From: an uncultured Dictyoglomota bacterium
GTDB taxonomy: Bacteria; Dictyoglomota; Dictyoglomia; Dictyoglomales; Dictyoglomaceae
Reading direction: 5' to 3'
Length of the DNA stretch: 31,601 nucleotides
Assembly: GCA_964654465.1 (NCBI GenBank)
Contig: CAZZIO010000012.1
Span: 1 to 31,601 of the forward strand
Shown one piece after another: positions 9,550-18,196 of the stretch. Every line of letters starts with the position of its first letter. Within the stretch, counting starts at the first letter, position 1. The position numbers and the translations under genes were made by a program. The notes beneath the pieces are model-generated. The model saw only the letters and a list, made by a program, of their open reading frames with translations. It was not told where the DNA came from and ran no database searches.

Positions 9550-9580
9550 GGTAGCAAGTAATTTAAACTTGCTACCCTAT
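9546..9580. terminator. Bidirectional intrinsic terminator
   Basis: Perfect 14-bp stem ATAGGGTAGCAAGT / ACTTGCTACCCTAT with a 7-nt loop, between convergent genes and flanked by T/A runs. Confidence 0.85.
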
Positions 9581-9588
9581 AATCTTTT

Positions 9589-10251
9589 TTACCAAACTAT
9601 CTTTACAAAGGCTGTTTTCCCTTCTTGAGCCACATAATCCCTTAAAACATTAGAAAATCTTATCATCATTTTATCTCTGTTTTTCATTGTTAACTTCTTC
9701 AAAAATGGATATGGCTTTAAATTTACATATACTCCTTGCAATTCTATACTCACGTCTCTCTTCAGATCATTTATAAGCATTACTTCAATAGACAAATCAT
9801 TTATTTCAATTGATTGATAGAATTTATTAAAAATACTACTGTTTAGCCCTTCAAAAAGAGAATTGTTGAAGTTAACATATAGATTATCATCCTTAAAAGA
9901 AAATGATATTACCCTATCCTCTACTTCTTCACCTTTTGTAAGGGGAATTTCAATATCTGCCACATAAAAGCTTTGAAGATTATTCTCTTCATACCTTACA
10001 TTTTCTACATTATCAAAATACTCTTCTAATACACTGGTAATTTCATCCTTATTTTCCTTGAAAGTATCCTTAGAGACAATTTCAAGTCTCAACAATGAAT
10101 TAACCCAAATCATATCAGTTTTACTATCATTAACAAAATCATATAGGTCACTAAGATAAATATCTGAAGAGATGTCCAACTTACAGCCTGATAATGTGAT
10201 AAAAAGACATATAATCAAAGAAACCATTATTAGCTTTTTCAATAAACCCAC
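9589..10251 (-). CDS. Hypothetical lipoprotein
   Basis: GTG start, basic N-terminus, hydrophobic stretch and lipobox LSGC. Confidence 0.8.
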   Translation of the reverse strand: MGLLKKLIMVSLIICLFITLSGCKLDISSDIYLSDLYDFVNDSKTDMIWVNSLLRLEIVSKDTFKENKDEITSVLEEYFDNVENVRYEENNLQSFYVADIEIPLTKGEEVEDRVISFSFKDDNLYVNFNNSLFEGLNSSIFNKFYQSIEINDLSIEVMLINDLKRDVSIELQGVYVNLKPYPFLKKLTMKNRDKMMIRFSNVLRDYVAQEGKTAFVKIVW

Positions 10252-10278
10252 CCCCTAATTAATTTTTTTATTATACTC

Positions 10279-10827
10279 CTACATCACTTCTATACTAAAT
10301 ATAAAACTATATGTAATTGTTTTTGCTGAATCCTTTATATATACAGGAATCTTTATTCCTACATTATAAATTCCCCTCTTAAATTCAGAATATATTTCTC
10401 CTTCTATAGAATAATAATAACTGCCCAAATAGCTATCATATTCATATTCCAAAAGGTCATAAGGAATCATATATGCTTTAACTTTCCCATAAGGAAGAAT
10501 ATTACTTACATAAAAAGGATTGTAACATGTATAGTAATAAACATCATCTGGGTTAAAACACGCTAAGTAAGTAGATTTTCCTGATGAGTAAGTAAAGGTT
10601 GCGTTACGCCAATTAATTTGCAATTCACTGCTTATCTTATTCTCCAATTCATAATATATCTTGTTTTCGTAAAATACAAAGCTTATTTTTATCAAATCAT
10701 CCTCAAAATAAAGATTTTCAGACTCCACCGGATAAAGCATCTTTACCTTTGCATGGGGCAACAAACTACATCCTGACAAAATAGCTAAAAGTAAGAATAA
10801 TATAAATATTATTAAATATTTCTTCAT
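10279..10827 (-). CDS. Hypothetical Tyr-rich lipoprotein
   Basis: Strong SD (AGGAGGTG) upstream; signal peptide MKKYLIIF... with lipobox LSGC. Confidence 0.82.
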   Translation of the reverse strand: MKKYLIIFILFLLLAILSGCSLLPHAKVKMLYPVESENLYFEDDLIKISFVFYENKIYYELENKISSELQINWRNATFTYSSGKSTYLACFNPDDVYYYTCYNPFYVSNILPYGKVKAYMIPYDLLEYEYDSYLGSYYYSIEGEIYSEFKRGIYNVGIKIPVYIKDSAKTITYSFIFSIEVM

Positions 10828-11008
10828 TTTACATCACCTCCTGTAATTAATAATAACCAGTCAAAGGGTCAAAACCTGACCTTATAGAAAAATGTAAAAA
10901 AGAATTTAATTATGGAAAATGAAAGATTAATTTCTGTTTTTTAAAAGTCAAATTTTTATTTTTTATGTTAAAATGAACTTAATAAATTTTGGGTTTTACA
11001 AAGCATCT

Positions 11009-12283
11009 ATGGATATAAAAGGTAAAATAATTATCGGAGATTCAAGAAAAATGAAAGAAGTAGATGATGAGAGTGTGGATCTTATTATCACCTCTCCTCC
11101 TTATTGGCATATAAAAGATTACGGTAAGCCTAATCAAATAGGTTATGGTCAAACCCTACACGAATACTTAAAAGATCTTTATTATGTATGGAATGAATGT
11201 TATAGGGTATTAAGAAAAGGAAGCAGATTATGCATTAATATAGGCGATCAATTTGCAAGATCCATAATTTATGGGAAATATAAAGTTATACCTTTACATG
11301 CGGAAATTATAACTCAGTGTGAAAATTTAGGTTTTGATTATATGGGAGCCATTATATGGCAAAAGAAAACGACCATGAATACTACTGGTGGTGCAAATAT
11401 AATGGGATCTTTCCCTTATCCGCCAAATGGTATTGTAGAGATTGATTATGAATTTATCCTTATTTTTAAAAAACCAGGGAAAACTAAAAAAGTTTCAAAA
11501 GAAATTAAAGAATTATCTTCCTTAACAAAAGAAGAATGGAAAGAATACTTCTCAGGACATTGGAATTTTGGGGGAGCAAAACAAATAGAACATGAAGCCA
11601 TGTTTCCTGATGAATTGCCCCGAAGACTTATTAGAATGTTTTCTTTTGTGGGAGATACTATATTAGACCCATTTCTTGGAAGCGGTACTACAGTAAAAGT
11701 TGCCTTAGAATTGGGAAGAAATGCAATAGGATATGAGATAAATAAACATTTTCTTGAAATTATTAAGAAAAAAATTGGAATGAACGAAAATTTATTAATA
11801 AAACCATTTAATGTAGAAATTATTGAGAGAGAAGAAGATATTATACTGCCAGAAATCAATTATATACCATTAATACAAGATGCCAAACCTCAGGTTGATC
11901 CCAAAAAATTCAGATTTGAAGGAGATAGATTATATAAAGTTGTTGATATTATAGATGAGGAAACATTACAGGTGGATACAGGTCTTTTTGTTAAATTTTT
12001 GGGTGTAAAAATTATAAGAAAAGAAGAAACCTTAAAATATTTAGAAAACTACCTCTTAGGAAAGAATATCATTCTAAAGTTTGACCCTAATTTTATTGAA
12101 GAAGATTATGTAAAGGCATATGTATATCTTAAAAATAAAATCTTTATAAATGCATATCTTATAAAATCAGGTTTAGGTGTTCCAGATATCACTATTCAAC
12201 ACAAGTACAAAGAAAAATTTATAAACCTTTGGAGGGAAATAGAAAATGCCAAAAGAATGGATATTAAATATGGCAACAAATAG
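11009..12283 (+). CDS. Beta-class amino-DNA methyltransferase (SPPY, probably N4-cytosine) fused to a C-terminal thermonuclease (SNase)-like domain
   Basis: Motif IV ITSPPY precedes motif I ILDPFLGSGTT (beta order); HEAMFP motif; C-terminal YKVVDIIDEETL...VKFLGV...AYVYL...FINAYLIKSGLG. The start is more likely ATG 11009 than 10973. Confidence 0.88.
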   Translation: MDIKGKIIIGDSRKMKEVDDESVDLIITSPPYWHIKDYGKPNQIGYGQTLHEYLKDLYYVWNECYRVLRKGSRLCINIGDQFARSIIYGKYKVIPLHAEIITQCENLGFDYMGAIIWQKKTTMNTTGGANIMGSFPYPPNGIVEIDYEFILIFKKPGKTKKVSKEIKELSSLTKEEWKEYFSGHWNFGGAKQIEHEAMFPDELPRRLIRMFSFVGDTILDPFLGSGTTVKVALELGRNAIGYEINKHFLEIIKKKIGMNENLLIKPFNVEIIEREEDIILPEINYIPLIQDAKPQVDPKKFRFEGDRLYKVVDIIDEETLQVDTGLFVKFLGVKIIRKEETLKYLENYLLGKNIILKFDPNFIEEDYVKAYVYLKNKIFINAYLIKSGLGVPDITIQHKYKEKFINLWREIENAKRMDIKYGNK

Positions 12284-12914
12284 ATGGGGCTTAAATAAAA
12301 AAGATAACGTTGGGCCTGTATCATTATGGATAAGAGAATGTGATCCTAAAAATCCTAATGAGTGGGAAATTTTCTATTATAGAAAACTCGAAGAGTTGTT
12401 AAAATCAAAAAATATTGAACTCTCTCCTGAAAGTTATATAAACGAATTAGGTAGGAAACTGTATATAAAGATATCTGAGGTAATGAGAGCAGAAATTGAA
12501 GAAATTACTGAAGATGATTGTATAAATTACATTAAAAATTTATTAATAAATAGAACTTTTGAAGGATACATAACTGAAAAAGAAACCATTTACAGCCAAT
12601 TAAAAAAACTTCTAAGTATAGATATAAAGCCAGCACCAGACAAATGGGATAGATTATATAATGTAGATTTCTACATAGAAATTGCAGGTAAATATATAGG
12701 AATACAAATAAAGCCAATAACTTATGAACAAACCCCAGAAATTTATAAATGGAAAGAATGGTTAAGCAGAACTCATGAAAAATTTGAGAAAGAAATTGGT
12801 GGTAAGGTTTTTATAATATTCTCTATAAAAAAAGATGGTAGAAAAGAAATCTATAATAAAGAAATAATAGAAGAAATTAAAAATGAGATTGAGAGGTTAA
12901 GAAAACAAAAATAA
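12246..12914 (+). CDS. MjaI-family type II restriction endonuclease
   Basis: N-terminal WILNMATNRWGLNKKDNVGPVS and catalytic-like DRLYNVDFYI...IGIQIKP; overlaps the MTase 3' end by 38 nt. Confidence 0.82.
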   Translation: MPKEWILNMATNRWGLNKKDNVGPVSLWIRECDPKNPNEWEIFYYRKLEELLKSKNIELSPESYINELGRKLYIKISEVMRAEIEEITEDDCINYIKNLLINRTFEGYITEKETIYSQLKKLLSIDIKPAPDKWDRLYNVDFYIEIAGKYIGIQIKPITYEQTPEIYKWKEWLSRTHEKFEKEIGGKVFIIFSIKKDGRKEIYNKEIIEEIKNEIERLRKQK

Positions 12915-13129
12915 TTTATTTAAGATATTTTAATGTGATCGTATATTCTATCAATAAATATTCTAAAAGAATAACAGAAAAGATTAAAAATCTCTACTTA
13001 GTGAATAAATATTAAAATAATAGTATAATTGAAAATAGATAAACCGAGATTATATAAAATTTTTAGATTTTGTTTTTAACACTTAAATCTTGAAAACTTT
13101 ATATAATCTCAAAAAATTAAGGAGGTAAC

Positions 13130-14539
13130 GTGTTAAAGCATATATTTTTAATCTTATTTCTAATTTCCCTATTTCTCTTTTATGGTTATGGTTTCCAAAA
13201 TATACAAGAAAGTGGAAAAATATATTATGTATCTCCAAAAGGGGATAATTCAAATCCTGGTACAAAAGAACAACCTTGGGCAACTCCAGGATATGCCTCT
13301 CGAAAGCTAGAAGCAGGTGATACTCTAATTATCTTAGGTGGAAAATATATTCTATCTCAATACGATGATGACATAATAATACCCCAAAATTCTGGAACTT
13401 CTGAAAAATGGATAACTATAAAAGGAGAAGAAGGTAATAGGCCCATACTTGCAGGCAGAGATAACCTTCTCACAGCAATCGATCTTTCCGGAAAAAGCTA
13501 CATTAAAATTGAAAACTTAGAAATAACAAGTGATAATGGAGAGCCTTTTAGAGATGGTATTGAGGCTCTAAATGGACCAATTAGTAATATCATAATAAAA
13601 AATGTCTATATACATCATATGGATGAATTTGGAATAAATATCTCAGATGTTAATGGAATTCAGATTTTAAACTCTCAGATAAGCTATTGTGGATTTGGAT
13701 GTATTGGAGGACCTGAAGGTCAGGAGGGTGGTTGGCAAAATGTTCTAATAAATAGATGCATTCTTTCTTATAGTGGCCATTATTATCAAGGAAAAAGGGG
13801 ACCAGGTCCTTATGATAGACCAGACGGATTTGGTATTGAAACCTCTAATGGACCTATAGAAATAGCAAATACCTTAGTTGAGCATAATAGAGGCGACGGT
13901 ATTGACTCTAAAGCTGAAAATACTTATATACATCACTGTATTGTAGCTAATAATTCATGTGATGGTATAAAATTGTGGGGCGATAATAGTAAAATAGAAA
14001 ATACTCTCATATATGGAAGAGGAGATGGAAAAAGAGAAATTACCCCATGGTCAGCTATTGTAATATCTACTGAAAAAAGCAATTCTTCATTTTTAATAAT
14101 TAATGTTACTGTTGATGACGAAATTGGTAATAACTATCTTATGTATGTTCAATATGACTACCCTGACATACCAATTATTCTAACAATGAAAAACAATATA
14201 TTAAGCGCAAGGGGTCCAAATTCCCCAATTTTCTTAGGAAATTCTGTTAAATTTAAAATAGAAAACTATCTATTTTATATGCCAAAACATCCTGAAAGAG
14301 TTATTGAGCATTTAAATAAAACATATGGGGCAAAAGAGGTTAATAACATAGGAAAAGGCAATTTATACGGTGATCCATTATTTATTAAAACTGCATTTGG
14401 AAATTTAGGTGACTATCACCTAAAAGATGGAAGTCCTGCAATTGATAATGGCACATTAGATGGTGCTCCTACTACTGATTTAGATAATAAACCTCGTCCT
14501 ATTGGTAAGGGCGTTGATATGGGTGCCTATGAAAAATGA
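13130..14539 (+). CDS. Secreted right-handed parallel beta-helix (pectin-lyase-like) protein with a choice-of-anchor-Q-like C-terminus
   Basis: SD AGGAGG + GTG; signal peptide; YYVSPKGDNSNPGT...PWAT; beta-helix repeats; C-terminal DYHLKDGSPAIDNG...DMGAYE. Confidence 0.85.
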   Translation: MLKHIFLILFLISLFLFYGYGFQNIQESGKIYYVSPKGDNSNPGTKEQPWATPGYASRKLEAGDTLIILGGKYILSQYDDDIIIPQNSGTSEKWITIKGEEGNRPILAGRDNLLTAIDLSGKSYIKIENLEITSDNGEPFRDGIEALNGPISNIIIKNVYIHHMDEFGINISDVNGIQILNSQISYCGFGCIGGPEGQEGGWQNVLINRCILSYSGHYYQGKRGPGPYDRPDGFGIETSNGPIEIANTLVEHNRGDGIDSKAENTYIHHCIVANNSCDGIKLWGDNSKIENTLIYGRGDGKREITPWSAIVISTEKSNSSFLIINVTVDDEIGNNYLMYVQYDYPDIPIILTMKNNILSARGPNSPIFLGNSVKFKIENYLFYMPKHPERVIEHLNKTYGAKEVNNIGKGNLYGDPLFIKTAFGNLGDYHLKDGSPAIDNGTLDGAPTTDLDNKPRPIGKGVDMGAYEK

Positions 14540-14626
14540 TTAATAATTTTTTGAATTTTTTACTTTTTCTTGTTTTTGAAATTTTTTTATTATAAAATAA
14601 TATATATTTAAATTTTAGGAGGAAAA

Positions 14627-16030
14627 ATGTCCAAAAAATATTTTGTATTTCCATTATTAATAATTCTTTTGCTGACCTTTTCTTTTAGCCAAACTAATCT
14701 TTCATATGCAAAATTAGAAGGAAACATATATCATAAAGATGATGGAAAACCAATTGAAGGAGCAATAATAAGAATATTAGGAACAGATTGCATAGGTATT
14801 AGCGATGAGGATGGTAGATATGTAATAAAAAATATTCCGATAGTTGGAGAACAAGAAACTTTTACAATAGATGTTTATGAACCCAATTTGAAATCTATAG
14901 TCCTGAGAAGACCAGTAATTCTTAAAGCTGGAACAAATCAAATAGATTTTAGTATTTCTTTATCAGAGTTATTTAAAAAATACTTTGGAAATTTTGATCA
15001 AGAATTCCCCTTTTCTATAAAGCTAACTAATGATTCATGTTATTTAATATCTGGAAAACTAACTCCCATAAATTCAAATAAAAGCTATTTATATTTATTG
15101 AAGGTAGATAAGTATGGCAGAAAAGTTTGGGGAAGAACATATTCTATTGGTGAAGATCTGCTTAATGCATATGTAGATATAAATGACAATGAATATATAG
15201 TAACTGCAACAGCAATAAATAAAGATAAAGGCCATGATATATATCTTTTAAAATTAGATAGTAATGGAAAAATTATATGGGAAAAGAATTATGGAAGATC
15301 TGATTGGGATGAAATGATAAAGAACTTTATTATAACCAAGGAGAGAGAAATTGTAGCTGTAGGACTTGTAAGGATAAGAAACAAAGAATCAATAAAGAGT
15401 GATAATTACATAGTTAAATTTAACAAAAATGGTGAAAAAATATGGGATAAAGTCTATGGAGATAAAGGTGAGGATTATTTTGAAAAAGTCATTCAAGCAT
15501 CAAATGGAGACTACATAATTGTTGGGTCAACTACACCAACAGATAAACCATCTTATGCTACCTATTATAGAATAGATAGAAACAGCAATTTAATATGGAA
15601 CAAAGAAATTAAAAGTGAGGGACCTGTTTATGGAAAGGCTATAATTGTAGGTCCACAAGGTTATGTAATAGTTGGCAATGAGTATAAAAATTTGCAACAA
15701 GGAATTTTCTTAGTATACATCAACGATAAGGGAGATGTATTAATTAGGAAAAATTATTCCAAAAAGGGAAGAGATACTTATGTTACTTCTATAGCAAAAA
15801 ATTCTAAAAACTATATATTGGCAGGATATGTAAATGAAAACAAAATTAATAATTCCTACATCCTTAAGTTAGATTTAAATTGGAATTTTGTTGGAGAAAT
15901 TGTGGAAAGAAAAGATTTTAATAATTTTATAACTGATGTTATAAGTGAGAAAGATATTTACTTTATATTTTTAGGATACTTAATACAAGACCAAAATATG
16001 GACATTTATCTATATAAGATTTCTTTATAA
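14627..16030 (+). CDS. Secreted protein: carboxypeptidase-regulatory-like Ig domain + beta-propeller-like repeats
   Basis: SD AGGAGG; signal peptide; GKPIEGAIIRI...SDEDGRYVI; repeated YLLKxDxxGxxxWxKxYG units. Confidence 0.8.
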   Translation: MSKKYFVFPLLIILLLTFSFSQTNLSYAKLEGNIYHKDDGKPIEGAIIRILGTDCIGISDEDGRYVIKNIPIVGEQETFTIDVYEPNLKSIVLRRPVILKAGTNQIDFSISLSELFKKYFGNFDQEFPFSIKLTNDSCYLISGKLTPINSNKSYLYLLKVDKYGRKVWGRTYSIGEDLLNAYVDINDNEYIVTATAINKDKGHDIYLLKLDSNGKIIWEKNYGRSDWDEMIKNFIITKEREIVAVGLVRIRNKESIKSDNYIVKFNKNGEKIWDKVYGDKGEDYFEKVIQASNGDYIIVGSTTPTDKPSYATYYRIDRNSNLIWNKEIKSEGPVYGKAIIVGPQGYVIVGNEYKNLQQGIFLVYINDKGDVLIRKNYSKKGRDTYVTSIAKNSKNYILAGYVNENKINNSYILKLDLNWNFVGEIVERKDFNNFITDVISEKDIYFIFLGYLIQDQNMDIYLYKISL

Positions 16031-16444
16031 TTATAAAATACTTTTAAGCCAAGATTTAAAATTATATAGGTCTCTTTTTATAAGATCCCAGTTCCTGAGG
16101 AGATTATCTTTTAAAAGATTAATCTTCTCAGGGACAATCTCGTAAGTATATGCATGTCTAAATATATGTCTAAAAACTCTAAGCTCATCAAGAACAGCAT
16201 AGCTTTCTTTTGATAAAATTTTAGGTCTAATTCCATAAATCTCAACAGTCATTCTCTTTAGAAGTTCTTTATGATAATATTCAAAGTTTTCTATTTCATT
16301 TTCAAAGGTTTTGGCTATCTCTCTAAATAAATCCTCAAAAGCATTATAAAGGTTATGTAGATTGTATGCCAAGTAAATAGTCTTTTCTTTTGTTTCCAGC
16401 ACTGTTTAGTATCCTAAAAGTAAACTAATTTTCTCCTTTTTCAT
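16031..16444 (-). pseudogene. HEPN (HepT/DUF86-like) RNase toxin, disrupted
   Basis: ATG at 16444 overlaps the antitoxin stop; reads MKKEKISLLLGY* with an in-frame TAA, then continues LHNLYNAFEDLF...FRHIFRHAY (Rx4H motif). Confidence 0.8.
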
Positions 16445-16776
16445 TTTATTTTCAATCCATGCTTATAGATTTCTTCTTTAAATTTACAATATTCAAGTTC
16501 CACAAGATCAATTTTTCTTCCTATAATATCCTCTAAATCGGAAAAAAATCCTAAAATAATTCTCCTTTAATCCTTCCACTGCTATATCCACATCAGATGA
16601 ATCGTAAAAATAATCCTCCATAAGTATGGAGCCAAATAGATAAACTTTTTTACTTCTTTATCTCCGAAATAATCTCTGAGTTTTGGAATAATCTCCTTTA
16701 ATAGCTTTTTCCTCTTTAGCTCTCTTTCTTCTTTTTCTCTTAGAATTTTTTCTTCCCAAATAGATATGTCAAACAT
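16441..16776 (-). pseudogene. Minimal nucleotidyltransferase (MNT) antitoxin, two frameshifts
   Basis: Reconstructs to ...KEVKKVYLFGS...SDVDIAVEG...SDLEDIIGRKIDLVELE...HGLKIK* only with a shift in the A-run near 16650 and a second shift in the T-runs near 16545. Confidence 0.85.
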
Positions 16777-16838
16777 GATTTAGTATAACATAAATTTAAA
16801 TGTTCTATGGGTTATATATTATTTAAAATTGAATATAA

Positions 16839-16862
16839 GGGGGAGATTAACTTATCTCCCCC
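16839..16862 (-). terminator. Intrinsic terminator downstream of the FN3/LamG lipoprotein gene
   Basis: 9-bp stem GGGGGAGAT / ATCTCCCCC with a 6-nt loop, about 20 nt past the stop codon. Confidence 0.7.
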
Positions 16863-16881
16863 ATTTTAAATTTACTAATTA

Positions 16882-17949
16882 TTAAAATTCGAGAGCCACA
16901 TCATAAATCTCTAATTCATCATAGGTTCCCATTAAGGAACGTGCTCCATATGGCCAATAAGCCATATTATATAGAATTAATCCAAATGGATTATGTCCTA
17001 TAAAGAATAGCTGTTCATTATTTAGTGGTGTATTATAGCTTTCCTCATCCATTAGTTCACCATCAAGATAGAGTTTTATTTTTCCTTGAGTTTGACTCCA
17101 TGTAAAGGCAATTTTATAAAATTTATCTGGAGAAAGAGTATAAATAGGATCTGTGTATGCATACGACCAAAAAGAACCATTCCATGTACCTGACCAAAAA
17201 TTATTGTGATTTTCCCCGTCACACCAAGCAGCAATAAAAAATGCACCAGTAAACGCATCTAACCAACCTACAGTATCAATCAAAAAACCACCCTTGTGAC
17301 TTTCTAAATTTTGATAAAACTCATACATATTGCTGTCTGGTTTAAAGTAAAACATTATGGTTCCTTCTGTTGGGTTAATATAGGAAGTACTGTAACAGAT
17401 ATAACTATCTAGCCCATCAAGATGTACTCCATCACCGACCACCCCTTTTGTAAAGGTAATACCCCTTACTGATGATATAGTCTCTTGATAGTAAGGACTT
17501 GTATATTGATCTTCATTATTTGTTTTATTATTTTCAAAACTATCCTTAAAGACAGGAATTATTGTCCCTTCACTTACTGTTGTGAAGCTCCATATAGGTC
17601 CAGATTTTACTCCACCTTTACCATCTTTTGCCACTATCTTCCAATAGTAAGTAGTGTTATAATTGAGATTTTCCACAGTATAAGTTGTAGAAGTATAGTT
17701 TTCTTCTCTAAGTTGTGGGGTTTCTGTATCTCCAAAGTATATGTCATATTTTAAACTATCTCCATCTGGATCACTACATGTCCAAGAAAGAGTAACTGTA
17801 ATTGGAACATTAGTTGCATTATCTTGTGGATTTGGATTTGAAGGAGCAAGAGGTGGCTGATTTGAAACTGCAGGTTTAGTCACACAACCACCTGCTATAA
17901 AAAGGAGTATAAAAATAATCCCAAAAAGCTTTAATATAGAGGTTTTCAT
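16882..17949 (-). CDS. Lipoprotein with fibronectin type III domain and LamG/concanavalin-A-like jelly-roll domain
   Basis: Lipobox IAGGC; PSNPNP...LSWTCSDPDGDSLKYDIYFG...YYWKIVAKD...GPIWSFTT; EGTIMFYFKP...IAFTW...IKLYLDGEL...GTYDELEIYDVAL; SD GGAGGAG. Confidence 0.87.
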   Translation of the reverse strand: MKTSILKLFGIIFILLFIAGGCVTKPAVSNQPPLAPSNPNPQDNATNVPITVTLSWTCSDPDGDSLKYDIYFGDTETPQLREENYTSTTYTVENLNYNTTYYWKIVAKDGKGGVKSGPIWSFTTVSEGTIIPVFKDSFENNKTNNEDQYTSPYYQETISSVRGITFTKGVVGDGVHLDGLDSYICYSTSYINPTEGTIMFYFKPDSNMYEFYQNLESHKGGFLIDTVGWLDAFTGAFFIAAWCDGENHNNFWSGTWNGSFWSYAYTDPIYTLSPDKFYKIAFTWSQTQGKIKLYLDGELMDEESYNTPLNNEQLFFIGHNPFGLILYNMAYWPYGARSLMGTYDELEIYDVALEF

Positions 17950-17972
17950 TAGGATCTCCTCCCTTTCAAATA

Positions 17973-18033
17973 AATTAGAGATTAAAAAGTTATAGTTTTA
18001 AGGGGCCCAACTATAAATTTTTAATCTCTAATT
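17973..18033. repeat. 25-bp inverted repeat (1 mismatch, 11-nt loop) in the leader of the LamG lipoprotein gene
   Basis: AATTAGAGATTAAAAAGTTATAGTT (17973-17997) pairs with AACTATAAATTTTTAATCTCTAATT (18009-18033). Confidence 0.9.
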
Positions 18034-18035
18034 AT

Positions 18036-18063
18036 ATTTTATCTTTAATACATTAATTAGCAA
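18036..18063 (-). promoter_or_regulatory. Putative sigma-70 promoter for the LamG lipoprotein gene
   Basis: Minus strand TTGCTA-N16-TAAAAT; the AT-rich context lowers specificity. Confidence 0.45.
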
Positions 18064-18082
18064 AGTGATATAGATCACACTT
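18061..18082. promoter_or_regulatory. CRP/FNR-family (or Rex-like) palindromic operator
   Basis: CAAAGTGATATAGATCACACTT matches the CRP consensus AAATGTGATCTAGATCACATTT at 18/22 positions; lies between divergent genes. Confidence 0.6.
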
Positions 18083-18130
18083 TTTTGAGATAATTTTTAA
18101 AGTTAATTATTAAAAATTATAAAATTAATA

Positions 18131-18160
18131 TTGACAAAATCTAAAATTTATTTTTAAAAT
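18131..18160 (+). promoter_or_regulatory. Putative sigma-70 promoter for the ABC exporter gene
   Basis: TTGACA-N18-TAAAAT, followed by SD GGAGG at 18184-18188. Confidence 0.55.
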
Positions 18161-18196
18161 TATTAATAATAAAGGCCAAAATTGGAGGAAATTTTT

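Noticed and set aside
10973-11008. MTase start at 10973
   Set aside because: It overlaps an extended -10-like TGTTAAAAT, and family similarity begins after Met at 11009.
16630-16670. A_AAA_AAG slippery site with GGAG 10 nt upstream in the MNT gene; a -1 ribosomal frameshift here would restore VYLFGS
   Set aside because: A second frameshift near 16545 and the premature stop in the partner toxin mean recoding would not give a full protein. Pseudogenisation is the simpler explanation.
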